Positions 7,908-16,576 of a stretch of 64,000 nt of DNA are shown in pieces. Source of the stretch: Obrimoposthia wandeli (Eukaryota). The stretch spans positions 682,001-746,000 of the forward strand of contig CDROCS010000745.1 of NCBI GenBank assembly GCA_977020255.1, written 5' to 3'. Numbering within the stretch: position 1 is the stretch's first letter; every line of letters starts with the position of its first letter. Under the pieces are notes generated by a model. The model was not told the origin of the DNA. It searched no databases and was given only the letters and a program-made list of their open reading frames with translations. The position numbers were made by a program, and so were the translations under genes.

Positions 7908-10900
7908 TAATCGAAATCACATTGACACCAAACATAGTTGCATGGCAGAACTATGACAGTACTGAAGCAGGACTAGCCAGTCAGGAAGAAAAAGAACCGG
8001 CCGGTGGTCACATACTGCATGGTACACCAAAAAGACTCAAACAAGAATACCACGATGTAATAATGGTATTACGTAATTCACATGGGAAAAGAGATATCAT
8101 GAGAGTCCATTTAATCGACGCTGACACTGAAAAGATAATTTGTCAGATGGACACCAAATACTTTGATGGAAAGACAATTGTATGTTGTATACCAGAATCT
8201 CACCGGTTAGACACGGATCAAACGGAAGTATCTGTAAGGTTGAGCGTAATAGAAGGATTCCATTCGCCAACCCATCCGGAAGTGACTAACAATAAAATCA
8301 TCAAAGCAACGGCAGAGTTACGCATTGACAGCGGATACCGGAAGTGGGAAGCTAAAAATAAAAAACCACAAAGAATCAATATGATCCGAGAACAAGTAAC
8401 AACTTCAAACCAGCCAAAATATCATGCCGAAATAGTATCATCCGCACCAAGTGTAATTACATCGATAAACGACGAAATTATAATTTTACTAAAAAATCGA
8501 TGGCCGTCATCAACTGAGATACGAGTAAACTTAATTAATTATGCGAAGACACCGATATCTAAGCTGAATGTTACCTATTTTGATGGATTGTCCATCATGG
8601 GTAAATTGGAAACAATTGTCATGTGCTATGGAGCACAGTTCCAAGTTGAGATACTTAAAGATAGTGTGATACCGTATCCGATTCACAAATATGAAGGGGA
8701 AATCAATCCAATTATTCTAACCCCTTCATTAATTTCAGTCCAGACAGACATACCAGAATACCCTTCGAGCGAGTCTAGTGAAGACAGCGAACCGGAAAGT
8801 AACGATACAGAATCAACAGAATCCGAAGATAACATAATAGAGCGATTCGGAAGAACCATGGAGGTTGAATTCGCTAAAGAGAGCAGAAAAAGACAAAACA
8901 TAGAATTCGTGAAACAGAATATACAAGAAAGACGAATTAAATCTGCAGAAGAGACCGAGTCGGAAGAAGACTCAACAAAGGAACAGACATCAGAGACAAA
9001 GATGAATATCTCTCCAGCAATACGAATGCTGAGAGGAAAGAAACTGGCGAAACTATCCAACATCGACGAACAGATAGAGAAGAGATTAGAAAGACTAAAA
9101 CTTGAAGAGTCAGAATTAATGCCACCAATGAGTGAGATCATTCCAGGTAAGTTATACCTCGGAAATGTGGAGGATGCAACAGATGAAAAGAAACTGTTGG
9201 AACAAGGGATAACATATGTGATCAACGTTACAATGAATCACAAATCGCAATATCAGACGATCAGAGCTATGACATTAAGAGTAAAAGACTCAATGGACGC
9301 TAATCTTCTCGAATGGTTCGTAGAAACAAACGAAATACTTCACAGAGAACTCCGGAACCGAGGAAAAGTGTTGGTACATTGTCAGAAAGGAATTTCTCGA
9401 TCAGCAACTCTAGTATTAGCATACCTAATAAAGACTAGACGAATGCAGGTACTAGAAGCGTTAAAATACCTACAGGAGAGAAGAAGTATTGCAAACCCAA
9501 ATCTTAATTTTTTGGGGCAGTTGGCAAATTACCAACTTCTGTTGCAAGAACAAAGACGGATGGACGACATTCCTGAGGACCCAAAGGAAAAGAATTTCCT
9601 CCAAGCATTATCATTGACCGGGTTATTCTTAGCCGGAGTCGACAAAATTACACAAATAATGCCAAAAGTATTTTTATGTCATCCAGGAGATATAGATACT
9701 GCTGGATTAAAATTCCATAGTATCAACCGAGTAATCAACATTGTTGAAGTCGGAAACGAGATAATTAGTCTGTGTCAAAATACTGAAGATGACACCACTC
9801 GATACATACATGCTTCCAATCGAGAAATAAACGATGCACAACAACATCTGACGAAATTGACTCAAACCATCCAAGCTGAAGTCACAGAAGGAAACGGCGT
9901 TCTGATATATCAGAAAAAAGGTACAATGTTAGCGCCTACCATAGGTGTATCCTTGTTGGTAGAGTACCATGGTCACACGCCAGAAGAAGCGATGGTCTAC
10001 ATAAAACAGAATAGACCAAATACGGAATTCAAACCGTTACTCGTTCGAGAAATAGAGAAATACACCGAAAAGAGGAAGCAACAACGAGAAATAAATGAAG
10101 CTACAACAACAGTGCCCAGCTTTCAATACCAAAGATTGTTAGCAATAGGCTTGTTAAGTTGTCTAATGCCGATAACGGGAGCACAGGAGATAGGCTCCAA
10201 CCACGGAAATAGTTCCTGGTTCAACGAAATCCACAATTACACCATACAGTACCATACACCGGCACTGATGATGCTATTAGTGTTGTTAGGACTAATTGAT
10301 GTGTGGATCATCCGAAAATGTCTTCGATCTATGAGAACCGACAGTAAAAGATTTCAGTTTGTAAAGATGAAAAGACCAAATGGACCAACGAACAAAGTGC
10401 TTGTGTATCTAGACGAAAGGATCGAAGACAACATAGTAAATGAAGCGATATTTTACCCACAAAACAGAATACTGAATCAATTTCGAATAGATTATGAAGC
10501 TGACCGACAGCACACACTTGACCGAATATCAACAACATTCGCCGGATGCAAGCGGAGAAAACGAGTTGTAAAGGAAATACAAAAAGATGCTGATACAAAA
10601 GGACCAACGTATATATTCAACGGCGATGTCATCAAAACACGTGAGTATGGAAGTAAGAGAGTGATAATTGAAACAATGGAAGGACATAAAACATGCTTGT
10701 CCGCCAAAAATGGATTCGGAAAGTTGACGATACAAGGTAAACCAGTACAGTTGATTATCGGACGAGATGGAATCGAGGAGATGTCAAAACAACGACAGAC
10801 AACAAAACGAACCAATCAGAAACAGATATCTCTCAAACGATTGATAATTAAAACCCTTTGCAAAAGGTCAGTCAAGGCCCTGTGCACCGTTGCACAAGGA

Positions 10901-12799
10901 TTGATCTATGGAGTAGTAATTGGATTGGTACTGCAAGCCATGCCAACCAGTAAAGCCGAATTGATGACACTATCCGAATATAATTTACATTTGAGAAATC
11001 TAGACAACACCCTAGAAATAATCAAGACATCCCACAGTAGAGCCGTGATGATCATGTGTGTAAAAGGATGTCCAGGACGAATGTGTATAGTCCCAGCGAC
11101 CGAAATGATAACACTTAATGGACATTATGGAGTTAGTGTTGTCACATGTGAAGACTACATATTTGGACAAACTAAAATAGTGCTTCTCAGTGACATGTCC
11201 AACCAAAGTGCACACAAATTTAAAATATTAACCATCAAGAGTAAAGGAATACCAGCAGTACGTTACGGTATTCTAGAATTGGTTAATCCAATACTCGCAC
11301 TGATCATTGGATTTATAATATTAATATTGCTCATCTTGTTTTGTTGTACAAAGTTAGAGTTGAGATCAAAAAAGAAACGGCATGATCTCGCAAGACGAAC
11401 AGGTCAAATGAACTTACAAAAATTCAACACAATTATACCAAGTCCACCATTTCTAGATGAACCAGCACCAGAATACCAGCCAACGATATATGAACACATC
11501 GAGGAAAGACCGTACTATATGAGTAATTTGACTTGTTTCATTGAAGTTCCTGAGTTTAGGAATCGAACGATCATAGGAATCATGCTGATCATACAAATCA
11601 CCACTACCAAGGCTAGTTATGAGATCATGATCAGTAAATGGAGACAAGACGTAATACGGGCAGTATACATAGAAATCCCCCTACTAAAAACAAATCACGT
11701 AGTAGACATTCATCTACAGACGTCAGCAACTGACAATATCGATCAGAAATTGTATGTCATCCGACAGGTCAGAATAAAAATCGACCAAAATACACCCGTT
11801 TACAATTTAATATTATTGTATCATGAAAGAGTGTTATACCTACGGATAACAATATCAAAGAGGAAGCGGATTATCCAAAGTATCCGAACAAAGTCATTAA
11901 TATTGCCTAGAGATGAGCGCATCTGGAAAATTGTCGACAGGATTATGATCACAGGCAGACGACGTAAAACCGTATGGAATTCCGTTAGAATATTTTTCAG
12001 ATTGTTAGAAACTGACAGGGTGACAGTAATGTGTCCCAACCCAGATGGCGGAATCAGATTCGAAATCCAAAGCCAAATGTTAGTACCACATTTTAACACA
12101 GAATGTCTGTGTAATCGAATTGCCAGTAATACTACAGAGACCTCGACCATAATCATGATAATAACAGGTGAAATATTCTACATAACTCTAAGATACCAGA
12201 ACCGTCGATTTCGTAAATCCGGTATAAGTATCAAACCCAGGAAAATCATTCCCAAAAGACCAATCCTAGTCAAAAAGAAGGCAAAGGTAATCGAAAGTAA
12301 ACGCCATTCCAAAAAACCGACAGTGATCAGAACAAAGACAGAAGCGAAAGAAAAAGAGCTAAATCCCAGAAACCAAAGTACAATTATTAAGAGGACAAGA
12401 GTGAGGGGAACGATCCCACTAGATCCCAAACATCATTTCCAATCCAAAATAATAATACCTGTTCCATCAGAAACAAAACACCCAAATCCCCGAATTTTTA
12501 GAAAATCGGACATAATACATGGAAACCGATCAAAACCCATGGAAATGTCATTCGAACCGACAAACAACAAAATGAAGTACGATTATAAATCATCAGACAG
12601 CGGAATAACAGCGGTCAATGCCCTAATTGGAATGGCCGTAGTGTCAACAGCAGTGGTTTTATTGACAATCGTGTGCGTAAAAGGCAGTCAAGTATGCCCA
12701 GGAATACGACGAAAATGCGAAGGATTGCGATGCTGTGACACACCCACCATGGAGGAAGTGGAATTGCGACTCCTACCTCCGCCTCCCATCAAGATATGA
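7886..12799 (+). CDS. Accessory polyprotein: TIG/IPT-like repeats, acidic linker, dual-specificity phosphatase, pseudo-phosphatase, degenerate protease-like domain, three signal-peptide/TM units
   Basis: 1637-aa ORF. VLVHCQKGISRSATLVLAYLI (9377-9403) and NPNLNFLGQL form the MKP/DSP signature; a second DSP-like copy lacks HCx5R; several hydrophobic segments of 17-20 aa. Confidence 0.88.
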   Translation: MFTTEKVIIEITLTPNIVAWQNYDSTEAGLASQEEKEPAGGHILHGTPKRLKQEYHDVIMVLRNSHGKRDIMRVHLIDADTEKIICQMDTKYFDGKTIVCCIPESHRLDTDQTEVSVRLSVIEGFHSPTHPEVTNNKIIKATAELRIDSGYRKWEAKNKKPQRINMIREQVTTSNQPKYHAEIVSSAPSVITSINDEIIILLKNRWPSSTEIRVNLINYAKTPISKLNVTYFDGLSIMGKLETIVMCYGAQFQVEILKDSVIPYPIHKYEGEINPIILTPSLISVQTDIPEYPSSESSEDSEPESNDTESTESEDNIIERFGRTMEVEFAKESRKRQNIEFVKQNIQERRIKSAEETESEEDSTKEQTSETKMNISPAIRMLRGKKLAKLSNIDEQIEKRLERLKLEESELMPPMSEIIPGKLYLGNVEDATDEKKLLEQGITYVINVTMNHKSQYQTIRAMTLRVKDSMDANLLEWFVETNEILHRELRNRGKVLVHCQKGISRSATLVLAYLIKTRRMQVLEALKYLQERRSIANPNLNFLGQLANYQLLLQEQRRMDDIPEDPKEKNFLQALSLTGLFLAGVDKITQIMPKVFLCHPGDIDTAGLKFHSINRVINIVEVGNEIISLCQNTEDDTTRYIHASNREINDAQQHLTKLTQTIQAEVTEGNGVLIYQKKGTMLAPTIGVSLLVEYHGHTPEEAMVYIKQNRPNTEFKPLLVREIEKYTEKRKQQREINEATTTVPSFQYQRLLAIGLLSCLMPITGAQEIGSNHGNSSWFNEIHNYTIQYHTPALMMLLVLLGLIDVWIIRKCLRSMRTDSKRFQFVKMKRPNGPTNKVLVYLDERIEDNIVNEAIFYPQNRILNQFRIDYEADRQHTLDRISTTFAGCKRRKRVVKEIQKDADTKGPTYIFNGDVIKTREYGSKRVIIETMEGHKTCLSAKNGFGKLTIQGKPVQLIIGRDGIEEMSKQRQTTKRTNQKQISLKRLIIKTLCKRSVKALCTVAQGLIYGVVIGLVLQAMPTSKAELMTLSEYNLHLRNLDNTLEIIKTSHSRAVMIMCVKGCPGRMCIVPATEMITLNGHYGVSVVTCEDYIFGQTKIVLLSDMSNQSAHKFKILTIKSKGIPAVRYGILELVNPILALIIGFIILILLILFCCTKLELRSKKKRHDLARRTGQMNLQKFNTIIPSPPFLDEPAPEYQPTIYEHIEERPYYMSNLTCFIEVPEFRNRTIIGIMLIIQITTTKASYEIMISKWRQDVIRAVYIEIPLLKTNHVVDIHLQTSATDNIDQKLYVIRQVRIKIDQNTPVYNLILLYHERVLYLRITISKRKRIIQSIRTKSLILPRDERIWKIVDRIMITGRRRKTVWNSVRIFFRLLETDRVTVMCPNPDGGIRFEIQSQMLVPHFNTECLCNRIASNTTETSTIIMIITGEIFYITLRYQNRRFRKSGISIKPRKIIPKRPILVKKKAKVIESKRHSKKPTVIRTKTEAKEKELNPRNQSTIIKRTRVRGTIPLDPKHHFQSKIIIPVPSETKHPNPRIFRKSDIIHGNRSKPMEMSFEPTNNKMKYDYKSSDSGITAVNALIGMAVVSTAVVLLTIVCVKGSQVCPGIRRKCEGLRCCDTPTMEEVELRLLPPPPIKI

Positions 12800-12922
12800 T
12801 GAGTCAGAGGAGGTTGTAGATAAATTAGTGTGTGAAATATGTAGAAATATCTAGAAGTGATTGTACAAATAGTAGAAATATATAAAACTCATGTAGAAAT
12901 TAATCATCATCATGTATTTAGA

Positions 12923-13222
12923 ATGTCCGAAGAATGCCCAATATGTTTGGAAGATCTAACCGAACGAAGAACAAGACCCGAAACCTGCAACCATTTACAC
13001 CACGAGGAATGTTTATCGACATGGATCAGAACTTATGGACAGTTCGGACATCCAACATACCCTTGTTGCCCTGTATGCAGAAGACAATTCGCAAGATTCA
13101 TCATGTTAGAAACCAACCAAGAGGATGTATATGTACAGGTGGTATTCTGTTGGAAGAATTTCGGAGAGTGTTGGTGTTATTACTGTTTGTCAGATCGACA
13201 AAATCAGACCACTTTTGTGTAA
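12923..13222 (+). CDS. Small RING-H2 E3-ligase-like protein 1
   Basis: MSEECPICLEDL..CNHLHHEECLSTW..CCPVCR, plus a C-terminal CW..xCWCYYC motif. Confidence 0.85.
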   Translation: MSEECPICLEDLTERRTRPETCNHLHHEECLSTWIRTYGQFGHPTYPCCPVCRRQFARFIMLETNQEDVYVQVVFCWKNFGECWCYYCLSDRQNQTTFV

Positions 13223-13282
13223 ACATCACACAACCACCAGTCCTCAATCGAGCCCAAATTCAACATCAACCCTCCCACAGTA

Positions 13283-13588
13283 ATGTCTGGAGAATGTTCC
13301 ATCTGCTACGAGAGCATCGTGGACTTCTACACCAAGCCCAACAACTGCGACCACCTTTTCCACGTCGAATGCCTCGAGACGTGGATCCCCATCGCAAACA
13401 GCAACAATCCCCTCGACTTCCCAACCTGCCCGATGTGCAGAGCGACCTTCTCAGTACACTACGTGTACAACCAAGACAGCCTCCAAGCAGTGGTACCCAT
13501 CGTACACTGCTGGAAAACCATCTGCGATTGCTGGTGCTCGTTCTGCGTGGAGGAGCGAAGCACAGGCCAGCCCAATTCCCAACAATAA
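13283..13588 (+). CDS. Small RING-H2 E3-ligase-like protein 2 (paralog)
   Basis: MSGECSICYESI..CDHLFHVECLETW..TCPMCR, plus a C-terminal CW..CDCWCSFC motif. Confidence 0.85.
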   Translation: MSGECSICYESIVDFYTKPNNCDHLFHVECLETWIPIANSNNPLDFPTCPMCRATFSVHYVYNQDSLQAVVPIVHCWKTICDCWCSFCVEERSTGQPNSQQ

Positions 13589-13923
13589 TCGAAGGTAACT
13601 TTCTGACTTGAACGTGACATCATGAACTACCCTGTGTATCGCATACCGCGATAAATTAGCTACCATAATTGTAATCATAATTATATAATCTTGTGAACTG
13701 TAAATTGACCATTACCATTTTTATGTATGATGTTTAACTGAAATTGTAATTATTATACTGAATTTCTAAAAAAGACAATTTTTTATGCTTAGTGTGAATG
13801 CGTAAACATGCCTAAAATCGAAACAAAACTCGGTAGGATTAGATAACTAAGGATTCGTTTTGAAATAAAATTTAAATTAACGATGAGAACGGTGAACCCC
13901 AAATTGAAAGGAGTTATTTTCTT

Positions 13924-14459
13924 ATGCAGATGAAGTGCTCTGTATGCATGGAGAAGATTTGGGCGGTATCAGCATCCCCTGTCGGCTGCCGTCACAAATT
14001 CCACGAGGAGTGCCTCTATTTGTGGGCCAAGGCTCGACCCCCGGCCATATCACATGTCCACTGTGCCGGACACCCTTTGGCAAATGGACGCTCCAGAGCC
14101 GTGGAAGGCACAAGGGCACCCGATCGCCTGCCAGCTGCATTGGTGGCATACATTGCCAATGCTACGTGTGTCTCGCACGCCGGCGCGACACACAACTGGG
14201 CATCCGCGAGAGATGGCGGTCTAGTCGAGACTGCCACTCGTGGTTCCAGGCCAGACGTCTCTGGATAGAAAATCACGCGATGAACGGGCAGTATTTCGAC
14301 CTGTTTGTCGAGAGCCCACACCTAACCCGGAGCCAACAACTACACCTGTACAACGGGGACAGTCCGTCCTTTCCCGACCTACCCCTGGAGCAGGTTCTGC
14401 GCTACCTGGCCAGTCGGAACCAGCCGACAATTACAATTGACCTAACTTATGACAATTGA
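13924..14459 (+). CDS. RING-H2 protein 3, split by a 1-nt frameshift in a C-run (~14038-14042)
   Basis: MQMKCSVCMEKI..GCRHKFHEECLYLWAKARP joins (P)GHITCPLCRTPFGKW..CIGGIHCQCYVC in the next frame. Confidence 0.8.
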
Positions 14460-15598
14460 TCCTTTCCTCCCTTCTTTCCTTCCTAATCCTTGGTTATGCA
14501 TGTAGTTTTGTGTATAGATAATAATGTATAGTCTGAGACTTGCTCCAAATTATACATTATGTTTCCCACTAAAAACCGGGATTTTGAGAAATTTTGTTTT
14601 GGGCATGTTTGTTGAAGTTGAATGATTGATTTTGTAGGGATGAACCTAAAATCAACAGCCAGAGGCTTGTTTAAGTAAAATCGATACGTTCCGGGGACGT
14701 AACTTTTTTGGAACCCCCGAGGTATGTTAGGTTTGAGAATTAAGAAATTTAAATATTTTAGTCGATTAAATACTAAAATAAAAATCCTTGAAAGCAAGGT
14801 TGAAAATTAAATTAAATATTAATTTTAGTTTTAGAATTGAAATTAGTGGAATTTAGGGAAAAAATTAGGAGGACCACGAAGGTCGTGTATAATGTGAAAT
14901 GTATAAAAGTTAGATTAATTAACCCAAAAGTGCAACAAAAAGACACATTAACTAAGCAAAGAAGAAAAAAGGGAACAATATCGAACGTCAATCAAAATCG
15001 AACGTCAATCAAGGTAAGCACATTTTCGTGCAGTTAAATTGGAGTGTTTAAACTTAATTTTCAGCTGCCGCAAAAGACTCCAGTTGAAACCGCTGTCGAC
15101 ATTGCTGACTGACAGACAGGAGTTGCAGAATCGACTATAAAAGTCGTCGACAAGAAAACGAAATACACAACCGGAAAAAGCAATATCCCAATCTACCGAG
15201 AAATAGACCACAAAAAACCAAGGAAAACCAACATTGTCCCTAGCAGCAACCAGGTGGTTTTGTGATAGACTTGGAGATTTAATTATTGATTTAGCAAACT
15301 AACTGATTGGGAAATTCTCACGTTTCGTCACACAAGACTTAAAGATCAATCTATCACGGATTTGGGCAACGTCGTAACAGCGACATACAAATCGATTCTA
15401 TTCAACCGAACTCGATCTATCACGGAGCAGAGCTTGTGAACCAGTTCAATTGTTGTTCCAGTCAGCACTATATCAGCGAATTTTCATTCGGCAATTCAAA
15501 TTCAGTCAGCCGATCGGTTTTTGTGTTCGATCTCAGTATATTCCGGAACGCTTCAGGATATCTCAACCTCGAGACAAAAAACGTAAGAGAGATTACTA

Positions 15599-15857
15599 AA
15601 AATTGTCTCAATTGTCCTAAAGTTATCATAAAGTTTGACACTAAAATTGTCTAAATTGTCCTAAAGTTGTCATAAAGTTTGACACTAAAATTGTCTAAAT
15701 TGTCCTAAAGTTGTCATAAAGTTTGACACTAAAATTGTCTAAATTGTCCTAAAGTTGTCATAAAGTTTGACACTAAAATTGTCTAAATTGTCCTAAAGTT
15801 GTCATAAAGTTTGACACTAAAATTGTCTAAATTGTCCTAAAGTTGTCATAAAGTTTG
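15599..15857 (+). repeat. 44-bp tandem array (~6 copies) in LTR
   Basis: Unit AAAATTGTCTAAATTGTCCTAAAGTTGTCATAAAGTTTGACACT, nearly exact copies. Confidence 0.95.
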
Positions 15858-16205
15858 AAGAGAAGTTTTGTCTAAATTGACATAAAAGTTTGAAGAGAAG
15901 TTTTTGTCTAAATTGCCATAAAAGTTTGAAGAGAAGTTTTGTCTAAAATTGACATAAAAGTTTGAAGAGAAGTTTTTGTCTAAATTGCCATAAAAGTTTG
16001 AAGAGAAGTTTTGTCTAAAATTGCCATAAAAGTTTGAAGAGAAGTTTTTGTCTAAATTGCCATAAAAGTTTGAAGAGAAGTTTTGTCTAAATTGCCATAA
16101 AAGTTTGAAGAGAAGTTTTTGTCTAAATTGCCATAAAAGTTTGAAGAGAAGTTTTTGTCTAAATTGCCATAAAAGTTTGAAGAGAAGTTTTGTCTAAATT
16201 GCCAT
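15851..16205 (+). repeat. 35-37-bp tandem array (~9-10 copies) in LTR
   Basis: Unit approx. AAAGTTTGAAGAGAAGTTTT(T)GTCTAAATTGCCATA, with homopolymer length variation. Confidence 0.95.
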
Positions 16206-16576
16206 AGTTTTGGTATAAAGATAAAAGTTTGCCATTAAAGTTAAATTGGGAATTAAAGTTAGAGTTTGACATAAAAGTCACATTAATTTGAAAATCTATA
16301 ACTTGAGCTTATTCGCGAGTTAGAGGAACGACTCTAAAAACTCGATCACCCTTAACATAAAATCGATACGTGGTTCATCCCCACTTGTTGTAGAGACTTA
16401 CAGAAGTCTTAGGAGTTTTTACTATACTTTTTAGAAAATACGTACATAAACGTATTGTTGTGTTTTAGTTTCGTGAATTACAAATAAACAATTTCCTACA
16501 TTAGAACAAGTTGTTTTTTGCACCCTTCAGAATAAGAGACATCAAATCAAATACCTTCAGATAGTACAAGAGATAG

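Larger units (their letters stand above)
1..16500 (+). mobile_element. Giant Ty3/Gypsy LTR retrotransposon (element A), 5' part outside window, carrying env-like and many accessory domains
   Basis: PR-RT-RH-IN order of Ty3/Gypsy (DTG, YIDD at 5383, TDAS...EKECLAI, HHCC and D,D,E) inside ~12.8 kb of near-continuous coding sequence, followed by a PPT-like tract and an LTR-like region ending CTACA at 16500. Right boundary is inferred. Confidence 0.88.
12815..16500 (+). repeat. Probable giant (~3.7 kb) LTR containing the RING genes and tandem arrays
   Basis: Purine tract AGAGGAGG (12806-12813), then TGTAGATAAAT; ends AATAAACAATTTCCTACA (imperfect terminal inverted repeat, poly(A) signal). From ~14700 to 16500 it is homologous to the minus-strand LTR at 60129-61320, which has the same ATTTCCTACA end. 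The left boundary is uncertain (alternative TGTAG at 14501). Confidence 0.55.

Noticed and set aside
666-12429. Numerous minus-strand ORFs (60-180 aa) over element A
   Set aside because: Antisense shadows of the long plus-strand ORFs; hydrophobic/Ser-Phe-rich composition expected from an A-rich sense strand; no motifs.
12934-13611. 225-aa plus-strand ORF overlapping RING1/RING2 (and alternative frames at 13922-14440)
   Set aside because: No recognisable motif; explained by GC-richer RING coding sequence in another frame.
15599-16205. Regular 35-44-bp repeats as a CRISPR array (also 23447-23803, 54266-54478)
   Set aside because: Units are head-to-tail with no unique spacers, there are no cas genes, and the context is eukaryotic.
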